Shown here: positions 1-12,879 of the stretch, one piece after another
Layout: every line of letters starts with the position of its first letter
Position numbering within the stretch: the stretch's first letter is position 1
Assembly: GCF_006345805.1 (NCBI RefSeq)
Contig: NC_043002.1
Span: forward strand, 99,882,001 to 99,946,000
Length of the DNA: 64,000 nt
From: Octopus sinensis
Taxonomy: Eukaryota
Reading direction: 5' to 3'
Notes under the pieces: generated by a model
What the model was told of the DNA's origin: nothing
Seen by the model: only the letters and a program-made list of their open reading frames with translations
The model's database searches: none
Made by a program: the position numbers and the translations under genes

Positions 1-489
1 TTTGCCGTAGAGTAAATCTAGTGTCAGTCATGATCGACCAACATACGATGATGATAGAAAGACAAAGACCGAATGAATATGTTAGTAATTGAATATTTGC
101 TTTATTTATAAACAGGTACCGATTCCAAAACACTGGTCGTTGAGTCGCTATAATATGAACAATTCCACAGTGCGAATACCAGCCAAAACGTTGGGAGATC
201 ATCAAAAGCATGCATATCATACGATGTTCATAGAGTTAAATCATACCCTGCGATTAAATTGTACATGGACATAAAAGCACTTATTTGTCACAAGGCTACA
301 AAAAATTTGTCACACTTCTAGGGTTTTAGCTTTTTCACTATTTCGAAAAAAGATAATTCAGAAAATATCATTGCCGACAATCAGCATACGAATATAAATT
401 AACAATTCTCAGCCGCTTATGATTCATGATGTAGGTTTTTTTCAAATGAGGTAAAGTAAAACCCGGGCATCTCTCTGCGACACCAAAGC

Positions 490-490
490 G

Positions 491-522
<32 letters not shown>

Positions 523-843
523 ATGTGTGTGTATGTATATGTATATACGTATGTATATATGTATATGTATATATATATCTATATATATATGTATATGGGT
601 ATATGTATATGTGTATATGCATATATATATCTATATATATATATGTATATGTGTATATGTATATAGTATATATATATGCATATATATGTATATAAATGTA
701 TATATATATGCATATATGTATATTATATATGTATATATATATGTATATATATATAGTATATATATATATGTATTATATATATGTATATATATATGTATAT
801 ATATATATGTATATATAATATATATGTATATATATATATATGG

Positions 844-890
<47 letters not shown>

Positions 891-1725
891 GTGTATATAT
901 ATGTATAATATGTATATATATGTATATATTATATATATGTATATGTATATATATGTATATATATGAATATATATGTATATATATGTATATATTTATATAT
1001 ATGTATATATATGTATATATATGTATTTATATATATGTATATATATGTAGATATATGTATATATATATTTATATATATTTGTATATGTATATTTGTATAT
1101 GTATATGTATATTTGTATATGTATATATGTATATGTATATATGTATGTGTGTATATGTATATATGTATATGTATATATGTATGTGTGTATGTGCATATAT
1201 ATATATATGTTTATATGTATATGTGTATATGTATATGTGTATATGTATATGTGTATATGTATATGTATATGTGTATATGTATATGTGTATCTATATGTGT
1301 ATGTATATGTGTATATATATATGTGTGTATATATATGTATGTATGTATATGTATGTATATGTATATGTGTATATATATATATATGTGTGTGTATATATGT
1401 ATGTATGTATATGTATGTATATGTATGTATGTATATGTATGTATGCATATGTATATGTGTATATATATGTGTATGTATATGTATATGTATATATGTATAT
1501 ATATGTATATGTATATGTGTATATATATGTATATATGTATGTGTATATATATGTATATATGTATGTGTATATATGTATGTGTGTATATGTATGTATATGT
1601 ATGTATATATATATGTATGTATATATATGTAAGCATATGCATGTATGTATATATATATATATGTAAGCATATGCATGTATGTATATATATATATGTATGT
1701 ATGTATATATGTATGTATATTATAT
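490..1725. repeat. ~1.2 kb compound (TA)n/(TATG)n/(TATATG)n/(TG)n microsatellite
   Basis: Almost pure alternating purine-pyrimidine tract. Its ORFs are only Y/I/C/V/M or H/T/Y/I repeats. Confidence 0.97.
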
Positions 1726-2639
1726 GCAATTGTTTTCTTTTAAACTGTGTATCTTTAAATCAGTATCTGCTTTCCTGTTCTAAAACCATGCTACCCTTAT
1801 ATAGGTGAACAGAATTCTGAGAATTATAATCGACAGCGAACCAAAGAATGCATTTTATCTACATTGGCAAATATGATTTCAAAATATTTAAATTTAAATA
1901 TAATTTAACTGCAAATTTCAGCTTCACGTTCTCATATTATGAAATGTTTCTGGTCATCACTATATTTTCTTTCAGAAAAGTCAGCGTTATATGTAATATA
2001 GTTATAAATAAAGGTTTGTATATAAAGTAATTTGCACAGAATCCCCAAGGACCCTCTTTAATTTGTTTACTTTCTTACGAAGTAAACCTTAACCTTAGAA
2101 TATGTTAGCAATTGATTAGCGTCAAGCATAGCATGTGTACTGCATAGAAGGTAATAAATCTTCAAGAAATAAAACTACGTTTGCTTAACAGCATGTAATT
2201 TGTGATTAAAAAAAAGCGAGAAGCCAATTTTCTATGATACGAACCAAATACAGGTTTTCACTATATTAACCTAACTACTTTTAGATTAACCTGACTTATC
2301 ATTATTGGCATATCAGTACGTGCCGGGAAATTACTACCTCCAAAACGGAAATATAGAAAATGCAATATTGATATTCTTCATTCTCTCTGCTATTTCATTC
2401 TCTTGACTATGTTTCGATCATCTAATTTTTCTGAACAAGACCGAAGGAACAAGACAACAAGAAAATAAACAATATAGATTTTTTTTTTTTTACATAGATG
2501 TTGCTTTTTGGACTTAATTGCGATCTCCTAAATATAGATGTCTGATTAGATGGAATGTTTTCAAGATATCTGATAGCAGGATGAAATCCACATTTTGATG
2601 ATATACGTTTGGCGGTCTTTAGAAGCATAAGATGAAAAA

Positions 2640-2821
2640 ATGTCATATATAGATATACATATGTGTGTGTGTGTGTCCATTTATGTATGTGTGTGTTATG
2701 TAAATATGCATTTATTTACATGTATGCAAATGTACGTATGCATACATATGTTTATATGTACACTAATAAGTACATATATAATATATGTATATATATATAT
2801 ATATATACGTATATATGTATG

Positions 2822-2864
<43 letters not shown>

Positions 2865-3043
2865 ATATGTATGTATACATATTCAATCAACTCACCTTCA
2901 CTAAAGACAATTTAATGCATATAGTCTTGTCAAAAGTGAATGACTAGTGAGTGAAAACAATTTTCTCCCTCTATCGCTTTCTCTAACTCTCTCTCTCTCA
3001 GGCACTCACACGCATTCACACAAACACGCGCGCGCGCGCAAAT

Positions 3044-3075
<32 letters not shown>

Positions 3076-3080
3076 GAATA

Positions 3081-3137
<57 letters not shown>

Positions 3138-3165
3138 ACACACACACATACAGGCTCATATATAC
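2640..3165. repeat. Cluster of (TG)n, (TA)n, (CT)n, (CG)n and (CA)n microsatellites
   Basis: Read directly from the sequence. Confidence 0.9.
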
Positions 3166-5368
3166 AAACGAAATAAAATGTTACTCAATACAGGGTGCTG
3201 CGATTTTGTCAATCTGAACTAAGAAAATCTCATAAAACTACATCTGCGTGAGAGATGAGGACGAGTCTTTCATTTACACAAAGGTAACAATTAATTAGTA
3301 TTTAGTGTATATCATTTAATAAACCAGGATTCTCCGTGATTCGTAATTTCGAATGCCTATTTTTCACAATTTAAATTATTGAAGTAGTGAATTAACATTA
3401 TTCTGTAGACTGGGTAAATAGAAATAATCAGCGTATCATCTGTTCTGGTACGATTCTTCCGTTCTTCGCTGTTCCTTCTTTAGATTAGATTATTGAAGAT
3501 TGGTCACGCAATATGCATGTGATACTGCACGGGGTTCCAGTTTCGATTTTTTACAATTTTCCTTGCGTTGCAGACGGGCTTCCCGGCATGATTATTTGTT
3601 CTTCCTTGCTCAAAACAATTTCTTCAAAATCAAAAATCAAAAAGAGAAAAAAAAATTGACCAGCAATTCCAGCGTGGAATTTATTGACCCAAATTAATGA
3701 AATTCTGCTGGAGAGAGTCAATGATAAGAGCTTTTAGGGGAAAACCAGCGTCGGATTGAATAAGGGCAGGATTGTTTGTAGGTCAAGGGCGAATATAAAA
3801 AAACTGAATCAAATGTAATATCTATTGAGCCAATAAGGCATACTGCATCTTCCCATCACCTACTAAAAACGTAGCCAAATTTCTTTCCATGCATACTCTA
3901 TCATTGGAAAAGTGGCCAAAATTAGATAAGTAGTTTTGCATGCAGTCTATCCTTTTTCAACATTAATTATTACTTTGGAACACCTTATATCGGGGTTTGA
4001 TGAATAAGAGAAGACTTGGGCATAACAACAGAAACATAAGAATGACGGCAGCAAATATGGAAAGCTTCATGCGATCGCTCAGACTACTAAGAAATAGCTG
4101 ACACAACTCCTTCCAATCATTATTTACTGCCTTTAATCAAACGTTGATTAGATAATGTAGTTTTTCGAAACATAAAATAATAAAATCAAATGATTCTTTA
4201 ACACTAAATATATTTTAGCGATTTTAAAACCGAATCAACGAGAGAATACAATTTCAGTTTTATCAAATAGAATTTTGGCATTTCACTCGAACAGAAATGG
4301 TTATCATTTCTATTAGTTTTTTTTTTTTAAATTTTAATGATCATTAGCTTTCCCTCTATAAAAAGTATCTTATCTAATACATTTAACAAATATTTTCTAT
4401 TTCTTTCTAATCCCTATTCAAGACTGATTTTAAAAATTTCAATTTCAAAAATATCAATTCCTTGAATGCTCATAAAAATTTGAAGCAACCAGCACCCAAT
4501 TACCAAACCATTTGTTATATATTGTATTAAAGTCTTTATCATATAAACTTTGTACCAATCAATATATTATAATTTTGTTGACTGCGAAATGAGAGTGTGC
4601 GTAAATAGTAGTCCATACAGTTTTAATAAATTTGGATTTTTTTATCGAGACACTATAATTGTTTCAGGCAGTCGTTCTTGCCAATTTAATTCAAAATAAA
4701 TGGTAAGCATTTATTCAGTTAGTGTAAGCAATTTTATTATTTGCAAACACAAGATTCATTTTTCTCTTAAAGTAAAAACTAAAATTATTTGACCAGACAA
4801 ACTGCATGAAGACTAAAGGATGCAGCAGCTGTTATTCATATATATTACCTTATGAATAGTAAATAATGTTTGCTGTCATTGATAGGAAAATAAAGCAAAA
4901 ATACCAATTCCTGTGTAGGGAATGACTATAGCAGTTTTACTATTTGATTTCAAGCAAAATAACGTAAGCTGCAAATATTTTATGAAAATAATAAAAATAA
5001 AATCATTCACAAAAAAGAAAAAAAAAATACAGTTTGTTTTCTTAAATTCCTTCCACATTTTCCGCAAAAAGAATTAATCTGAACTCTTCGTTAGAAAAAA
5101 ATAAAAATTCAATATTTGATTTTTCGTAAAAAAAAAAAAGGAATCCATTCCAATTTCAAATATTAGAAGTAGCTTTCTATGATTGAGCTTAACGTTTAAA
5201 ATTAACTGGTTGTTTGTGTAAACCGCGTTTTCTTGTACTGACGTCATCGTTGCATACATTCTTAAAAGGTCTGTAAACAATACTTTAAGTAAGAAAGCAT
5301 ACTGTACTTCAATGACAATCACACAAAAAACACCAGCTACAGAATTCAACGCACAATCGGTTCCTACT

Positions 5369-6623
5369 TGATGTTGTTATATTCTGCTGGCAGAAACGTT
5401 AGTAATCTGGGCGAAATGCGTAGCCGTATTTCGTCTGTCGTTACGTTCCCAGTTCAAATTCCGCCGAAGTCGACTTTGCCTTTCATCCTTTCGGGGTCGA
5501 TAAATTAAGTACCAGTTACACGCTGAGGTCGATATAATCGACTTAATCGACTTAATCCGTTTGTCTGTCCTTGTTTGCCCCTCCTCCCCTGTGTTTAGCC
5601 CCTTGTGGGTAGTAAAGAAATATATATTCTGCGGCAGACGGGAGACGAGAGGTCAGCGATGGGCGGACCCGGTCGCTTTTAGACTCGTCCCGCCTCCGTG
5701 CTCGCGGTCGCATTTCGAAACAGCTGCGACGAACTGCGTCCGGACTGCGGTCAAAGAGCGAGTGCGATGACGGTGGTCGCCGGCGTCGGCCGCAACGACG
5801 ACGCGCCAAGGTGGAGATTCTGTGATGACAAGCGCGGATAATGACGGGACAGCGCCCCGAGACGAGGAGCAACGGGACGATGCTCGTCACGGTGGCGATA
5901 CAGCGACACCCGGATTTGAAGCCACGGTTCTTTCCGGGCAGGGACAGACGGCACCGCTCTCTTTAGGTGACGCCGCGTCGCCTGTGGCGGACCGAGAAGC
6001 AACGACTAGCCCATCCGCTGCGCCGGCGGCGAGGCGACACGAGGTCAGCGGCGTAACCTGATGGGTTCCTCGGCTACGAAGAGAAAACGAAGACAAGGTC
6101 GGGTGTCGGAGGCGAGGAAAGACGCGCGAGAAAGTGGAAACGAAAAGAAAAAAAACGTTCGATTGCGAAAGGACGGACGAACGGATCGGCGGCGGATGCC
6201 GGCGGACAAGCGAGCGAAGATGCCGAAGCGCACGACGACAGCGACGGCGAGGTTACTCGTCTAAAGGCGGGCGGGGCAGCGGCGGAAGTCGGGGAGGCAC
6301 CGGCCGCGTAGTGTCGATCACGCACCGGTGAGCGTGGGGCTACCCGTTGGCAGAAAGGAGCGATGAGAACATCCCTTCGAGACGGTCACCTATTCCGATC
6401 AGCAACAACTCTACATAGTAGTCTGGAACCCCTTGGGGTGCGACGGTCACCTAGAGCGTGACTATCAAGCGTTGTCCGACCCGTAAATTTACGGGTCGGA
6501 CCACGTCGCTGTATCGACCGCGTGGATCTCCCGACGTGGGCTGTTGCATCTCCAGCTAGGCCTTTCGCTGATACCATTAAAGCCAAAGTGACTTCAAGCT
6601 TTAAGAGTTTCGTTTACGCATCA
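5369..6623 (+). mobile_element. GC/CpG-rich island, candidate solo LTR with a SINE inserted near its 5' end
   Basis: Abrupt GC/CpG enrichment over 5630-6590. TGATG...CATCA termini, a TATA-like TCTAAAGGCGGG near 6260 and ATTAAA at 6576-6581, about 40 bp before the proposed end. No convincing TSD. Confidence 0.4.
5386..5622 (+). mobile_element. tRNA-derived SINE, family B (GGCGGCGAGCTGGCAGAAACG head), slightly 5'-truncated
   Basis: Matches the copies at 37584 and 43437. GTTCAAATTCC B-box. Flanked by the direct repeat TATATTCTGC at 5378-5387 and 5623-5632. Confidence 0.9.
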
Positions 6624-7898
6624 TTTCATACGGGAAATGATTCTTTCTTGCGTCAGCTTTTAGGTTTTGCCGATTAAAAATGATATATGTGTGTATTTGT
6701 GTACATATATAAATGTGCGTTTATTTGTATACTTATGTATATACGCATGCATTTGCATGCACGTATATATCGGGTAATATTAACCTATTCATTCATCCAG
6801 TTTGTCCATTTAAATTTAAGTATAAGAATTGATGGTTACCAGTACATGCGTACTTAGAAGAATTCTATTTTGTTATACATCATACATTCACAATGGCTTC
6901 GGATTACACACCTAGAAATATAGCCTAACATGCAACAACAATCTGCATGCATATACTAGAAAATTTGAATAGTGGGTAGAAATCAATAAATTGTCTATAA
7001 TGACAGGAAATAAACAGTGTTTGAATAATCCCTTAATGCGATAGAAGAGGAAAATTTCATCAAACAAGTATGTATGTGTTTATGTCAGCATGCGTTTATG
7101 TCACCGTCTATATATATTCTCATATAGGTGTATGCATATGTGTGCGTGCAGATGTTTGCGTGTTTCTTATTAAAACTGTTCATCCATGGAAGAAGAGCCA
7201 GTTTCTAGCGCGGGAAAAAGGGTTTTCATTCGAAATTAGGCAACACCAATTAAGTTACCATATGATTATTTGTTTGTATATGTGAGTGTGTGTGTGTGTT
7301 CATACATGTATTTCATTCATGAATTTACATATATGTTCACAAGGATACATATATATATTTTTACAACCATACATGAGTAGAAACTTGGATATTATTGCAT
7401 AAGTCGCCTGGATGTGATAATTAATATTGGTTACTAAGGCTGCTTGCGCTGCTGACACCTATTTTATACATATACACAACCCGCCAGCTCTTCACGATAT
7501 CACTTAGTTTTACTAGTGTTCTTAAACTATAACAGTTTCGTGGATTTTCGGTGTGTGCATGTGTATTACGTGGATTTACGTATAGTTTCTGTGTAGCAAA
7601 TGTCCTCACAAACCTTTCGTTGAACCAAGACTACATAAAAAGGAAAAAGCTACGGCCTACTGGGGACATATAAAAGATAAAATTTTGACATCCACAGCTA
7701 TTTGCTAACAAAGGTTATTTTACTTTAAAATCTATCGATATATCTTTTAGTGCACACATTTGAAAGAGGTTCATGACATTTTGTCACTATGTTAAACATT
7801 TCCAGTGTATCTGTGATCTGAAGACACATGTGCAGAATAATAGACCATCTCGTATCACCCTTTTTCTCTCGTAGTTTTCCCTTTTCTTGTTCTCTCTC

Positions 7899-7948
<50 letters not shown>

Positions 7949-8004
7949 AGGGAGATCTTGTCTGTTTGTTTGTCCAGCAAAATTATAATAAATGGTTCAT
8001 GGGA

Positions 8005-8105
8005 AGTACCAGTTACTCACTGGGATCGATGGAATCGACTTAATCCCTTTGTCTGTCCTTGTTTGTCCCCTCTGTATTTAGCCCCTTGTGGGTAGTAAAG
8101 AAATA
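8005..8105 (+). mobile_element. 3' fragment of family-B SINE
   Basis: AAGTACCAGTTAC...TGTCTGTCCTTGTTTGTCCCC...CCCCTTGTGGGTAGTAAAGAAATA matches the tail of the other copies. Confidence 0.85.
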
Positions 8106-8321
8106 TATATTCACATTCATCTTAACTGCTCTTTCTCTACTTTTATCCTCTTTCTTCAACTTCTTATCACAATCCGACCATTACCAATTCCCACAGATGT
8201 ACAAAAAAGTCAATACCTACGCAACTTCCTCTCCTCTCATTCAGTAAGGATGCACCAAAAATTTCTCTCTCTTTCTTTCTCTCTCTACCCCACCCTTCTG
8301 TCTGTCTGTCTATATACTTTT

Positions 8322-9488
8322 TCTATATATATAAAATCTAAATTCTGTCTCTTTCTTTCTACGGCAAAATAAAAGTACCTGGTTCAGGGGAAGTTATTAT
8401 GCTATTGCCTAATTTCTCTGAAGAAAATTTATGCAATGGTATAACACTAATTGTGCAGAGATTCACGAGGAACTGCACTGAGGCCGTCATCTTTCCTCGC
8501 ATACCAGTTATACAATCTAACGTCCCATTCCAATTTGCAGCTTCCTATCCCGCTTTCTTTTCCTATGAGCATTAATAAAACTCAGTGCCAAACACTAAAA
8601 GTTGCTGGGTTGCAACTTGAAGAACCAAACATTTCACATGACCAAATTTACGTAGGAGCATCACATATAGGAGCAACAGCAATGTTTTTTCCTTATGTAC
8701 CCCGAAATAAAACAAAAACATTGTTTAATAAGAATATTCCCTCTCAATGTAACATGAATACTTCAATAACTTAATTTGCCATTACTGTAATTACATTCAA
8801 AATTTACTAAGTTATCTATTTTAATGAACTGTGTTATAAAATTGCCATTACTGTATTGATAAATAAAATGACACGTAGAACTCATTTCTTATTGTCATAT
8901 AAAAACAAACAGAAGTTAGTGTATGAATTCCATTTTTCTACTTCAATTATTACATGATTTTTCTCTTATGTAATACACACATACAGGAGGAGTAAATCTA
9001 AATCTGTAGTGATAGTCTCACCATGGCTCAGATTGGAAACTTTATGTAGGAGCATCACAAATGGGAGCAAAAGCAAATCTTGTTACTTATGCGCCCCGGA
9101 ATAAAACAAAAACCATTGTTTATAGAGAAATATTCACTCATAATCAGGCATGAATACTTCAATAACTTAATTTGCCATTACTATCATTACATTCAAGACT
9201 GAAATCCATCTTTTTTCTGCTTCAATTATTACATATTCTCTTATAAAATACACACACACAGGAGGTTCATGTATGAAATTGATCCTTTTCCTACTTCAAT
9301 TATTATATATTTTTCTTATATAGATTACACACAAAGGCGTAAGAGTAGCTGTGTGGTAAGTAGCTTGCATACCAACCACATGGTTGTGGGTTCCGTCCCA
9401 CTGCGTGACAGCCTTGGGCCGACCAAAGCCTTGTGAGTGGATTTGGTAGACGGAAACTTAAAGAAGCCCGTCGTATATATGTGTATAT

Positions 9489-9537
<49 letters not shown>

Positions 9538-9785
9538 CAACCGATGCTATTGTGCTTACGTCTCCGTAACTTAGCGGTTCGGCAAGAGAGTCCAACAAAA
9601 GAATAAGTCCTGGAGTCGATTTGCTCGACTAAAGGCTGTGCTCCAGCATGGCCACAGTCAAATGACTGAAACAAATAAAGGAGTACATGCAGGAGGGAAA
9701 ATTTTCGTATTTAAGAATATTTTCAATTCGACTCCCGAGAAGCAGTAAAAGTGATTACCTGATCAATGATGGGTGTTACTGCTAG
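8322..9785 (+). mobile_element. Internally deleted Helitron retaining the PIF1-like helicase C-terminus, interrupted by a SINE
   Basis: 5' TCTATATATATAAAA. ORF 8451-8774 contains LQLPIPLSFPMSINKTQCQTLKVAGLQLEEP..SHDQIYVGASHIG, resembling the PIF1 motif QFP.RL.FAM.INK.QGQ...SHGQLYV..SR. A second copy at ~9040-9135 reads LYVGASQMGAKANL...KTKTIVYREI. Decayed 3' hairpin and CTAG|T at 9782-9786. Confidence 0.85.
9336..9684 (+). mobile_element. tRNA-derived SINE, family A (GGCGCAGGAGTGGCTGTGTGGTAAG head) with internal (TA)n
   Basis: Head, GGTTCCGTCCC B-box-like motif and CTCCAGCATGGCC..CAGTCAAATGACTGAAAC tail shared with about 9 other copies in the window. Confidence 0.9.
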
Positions 9786-9797
9786 TGTATATATATA

Positions 9798-9900
9798 CTA
9801 GCTGATGTACCCAGTAATACCCGGGAGCTGGGATATTACCAGTACCTAGTACCCATTAGAATGGGTGACTTGTACGAGACGAAAATTGAAATCAAGACAT
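9798..9900 (-). mobile_element. Possible 3' end of a second Helitron, facing the first
   Basis: A|CTAG at 9797-9801 followed by CCCAGTAATACCCGGG, a hairpin-like subterminal motif. Confidence 0.45.
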
Positions 9901-10184
9901 AGGACAGATAATTAAAGGCATAATCAAATTAATTCACGAAACACTTGTACTCTGTTTTTTCGTTGTTTGAAAAATAGTTCGTTTCCATGTTTTTGTTTTT
10001 GTGTTTTCATTTCTGATTGTGTTCAACGTTTTTTTTTATGTCCTGTACCCATATATGCATGTATGGGTGTATATATATGTAGGTATGTACATATATGTAT
10101 GTATATATGCATATATTTATATATTATTTATATTATATTATATTATATATATAATATATATATATATATATAATATATATATAT

Positions 10185-10273
10185 ATAAAATAATACGTTA
10201 CATTTACTCAATAGTCAAGATAAAACTCTGAGTTTCAGATGCCGAAGTGGAAATCCACAACACCATCTCTTCG
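10185..10273 (-). mobile_element. Short Penelope-type terminal-repeat fragment in (TA)n with a hammerhead-like motif
   Basis: Homologous to 57556-57650. The minus strand reads GAAGA-GATG...CATC-T-GAAA-CTC. Flanked by (TA)n on both sides. Confidence 0.5.
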
Positions 10274-11154
10274 TATATATATATATATATATATATATAC
10301 GCAGGAACACGTACAATAATATACGTAAATGTGAATAATGTTATAGATGTTTATTGAATACTCATATAATACTTGGTGTACTGTTGGAATCGTTTTCACG
10401 CTGGAATGTAAAGCATTCCTTACAGCTTTACATTCTGTGATTACGTTATTCCAAGGTCGACTTTGACTTTCACCTTTTCGGGGCCGATAAAACAAGTACC
10501 AGATGAGCACTGTTCCCGATATAATCAGTTGAACCTCTCATATCAAAATTTCAGATCTTGTGCCTATAGCAGAACGAAAACAAAATGAAGATGATTGATG
10601 ATATGACAGTCCTTAATGTAGGCGCGAGACCAGTAAATTTGAGTTGAAGTTGTTGAGACGATACCATCAAACGTGATACAAGACATATACTTTATGTATT
10701 CAATCCTGGACGGTTAACGTTGACTTTGAACTCAGAACCTGTCGAGCTGGTACAAATACTGTAAGGAATTTATTCCGATTTTGCCAGTTCGCTGCATAAA
10801 AATATCTAACTCATTACTGATTTAGATACGAGGCTAGCAAATTTGAGTGGAAGGGTTATTTGATATAATTCTATCCAGTACTTAAACGGTCCGCTTTTTA
10901 ATGGGCCGCGTAAGAACAAAAGCTACTATTGACATAAACGGAATTTGAATTCAGAGTGTAAAAGACTCAGAAGAAATACCTCAAAGTATTTCTTCCATTC
11001 TTCATTTTTCTATCTTCAGAAGTGAATACAATTTAATGGATTAGAATTTCGACACAAGGTTGGCAGTTTTTAGTGGAATGAATTAGTTGATGACATACAT
11101 GCACTCTCTCCTTACTCAACTGGTACTTAATTTATTGACCTCGAGAGGGTGAAA

Positions 11155-11360
11155 GGTGAAGGAGCGTGGCCTAGGGATTGGGTGTTGCACTGATAATTGT
11201 AATTTCCAGTTTCGATTACCGAAATGTCAGTGAGTTCTTAGGCAATGCACTTCATTTCATGTGACTCCAGTACATTCTGCTTTAAATGAGTAATCCTACG
11301 ATAAACTGGTATCACATTCAGGAGAAAATGTTGGCATCTCGGTCATTTATTCGTTATGGA
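11155..11360 (+). mobile_element. Decayed family-C SINE
   Basis: Similar to the reverse complement of 21709-21974 (tRNA-like head; CACTTCATTTCATG..CTCCAGT..AAATGAGTAA). Confidence 0.6.
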
Positions 11361-11380
11361 AACTGTCTTTTCGATACTGG

Positions 11381-11685
11381 AATCAAACGGGAATGATGGG
11401 TGAATTAGAAAGTAACTTACTTTTCCTTATCTATATTTTTTTTATGTCCAGTCTATTATTTTCAAATTTCTTGTCCGTTTGAATAGGAAAACCCCAAACA
11501 ATCTTACTCTTTTACTTTCTTACTTGTTTCAGTCATTTGACTGTGGCCATGCTGGAGCACCGCCTTTAGTTGAGCAACTCTAACCCCAGGACTTATTCTT
11601 TGTAAGCATAGTACTTATTCTATCGGTCTCTTTTGCCGAACTGCTAAGTTACAGGGACGTAAACACACTAGCATCGGTTGTCAAA
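11381..11685 (-). repeat. ~300 bp local duplicate of 13069-13370 (RLE-LINE fragment plus family-A SINE tail)
   Basis: Near-identical sequence ATCAAACGGGAATGATGGGTGAATTAGAAAG...GCATCGGTTGTCAAA at both loci. Confidence 0.9.
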
Positions 11686-12429
11686 GGGTCCGATAATTTG
11701 CGAAGGTAATTTTCAGGAGTCGATGAAGATGAAAGCAATGTCAATCTTAGCAGGATTGCAACTCAGAGGGTAAGCAGTGGGATGAAAAGCTTTTATCAAT
11801 TCTGTCACAAACCACTTAAGAAGAAATGCATAAATTGTTTCATTAAACGACTTTATAAGAATTAATCGAAAATTGTTCCTGTACAAACACATCATAAGGA
11901 AGTTCACAGTACAATAACATGTAAATTGTTGTAATATCACCCGTGATGATTTCACATGGAGTTAATTTTTGAGGCTTGGTTTCGAACATATTTTTTTACG
12001 TAAGATATTTTTAGCTGTTTGTTTGCTGCTTGAAAATTATTAGCAACATTTTTGAATATTTAGTTTTTCAATTTAAAAGTGTTTGTTAACAATTATAAGT
12101 GATTTATTGTATATAGTTCCTGTTTCTTAATGTATTTGTAAGACATGTCGACTGCCTAAGAAATTATGCTCGAAGGAAACAAAATGGTTGGTTATATTTC
12201 AAATTATACTTTTAAAAAATGAAACGAAAACAGGAATTAATAATGAATTTCAGCAGGTGGCTTCGAAACAGAGAAAATTAATTAAATTAAAAACAAATAT
12301 TTTTTAAATAAAATTATTTGAAAATAAGATTGTAAAGAATATACGAATCTGATGTACAATTACATTCCCGCACTTGATATCGTAGAGTAAATCATTTGTA
12401 GCGTAACAATATTACATATTAGTTGCAGA

Positions 12430-12763
12430 GTTTCAGTCATTTGACTGCGACCATGCTGGAGCACCGCCTTTAATCGAGCAAATCGACCCCAGGACTTATT
12501 CTATCGGGGCCTTATGCCGAACCGCTATATACGGGGACGTAAACACACCAGCATCGGTTGTAAAGCGATGTTGTTGGGACAAACACAGGTACACACACAC
12601 ATATACATATATACGACGGGCTTTTTTCAGTTTCCGTCTACCGAATCGCTCACAAGGCTTTGGTCAACCCGAGGCTATAGTAGAAGATGCCACCTGGTGT
12701 GACTGAACCCGGAACCTTGTGGTTTGGTAAGCAAGCTACTTACCACACAGCCACTCCTGCGCC
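12430..12763 (-). mobile_element. Family-A tRNA-derived SINE
   Basis: Ends in CTTACCACACAGCCACTCCTGCGCC, the reverse complement of the head. Confidence 0.9.
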
Positions 12764-12879
12764 TATATTGATAAATAGAAACTAATATTTCGTATGACTT
12801 AGGTCCAATCTTATTCCTTGTAGGATTAATATGAGTAGCAGCTGACTATCTGTAACCTTAGATATCCACAAGTTTTCAC

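Noticed and set aside
503-1808. Long ORFs (387, 281 and 227 aa) and similar Y/I/C/V/H/T-rich ORFs across the window
   Set aside because: These are translations of TA/TG microsatellites that lack stop codons by composition.
5552-6586. Multiple overlapping Arg/Ala-rich ORFs in the GC island
   Set aside because: They are short, occur on both strands and show no recognisable motif, as expected from high GC content.
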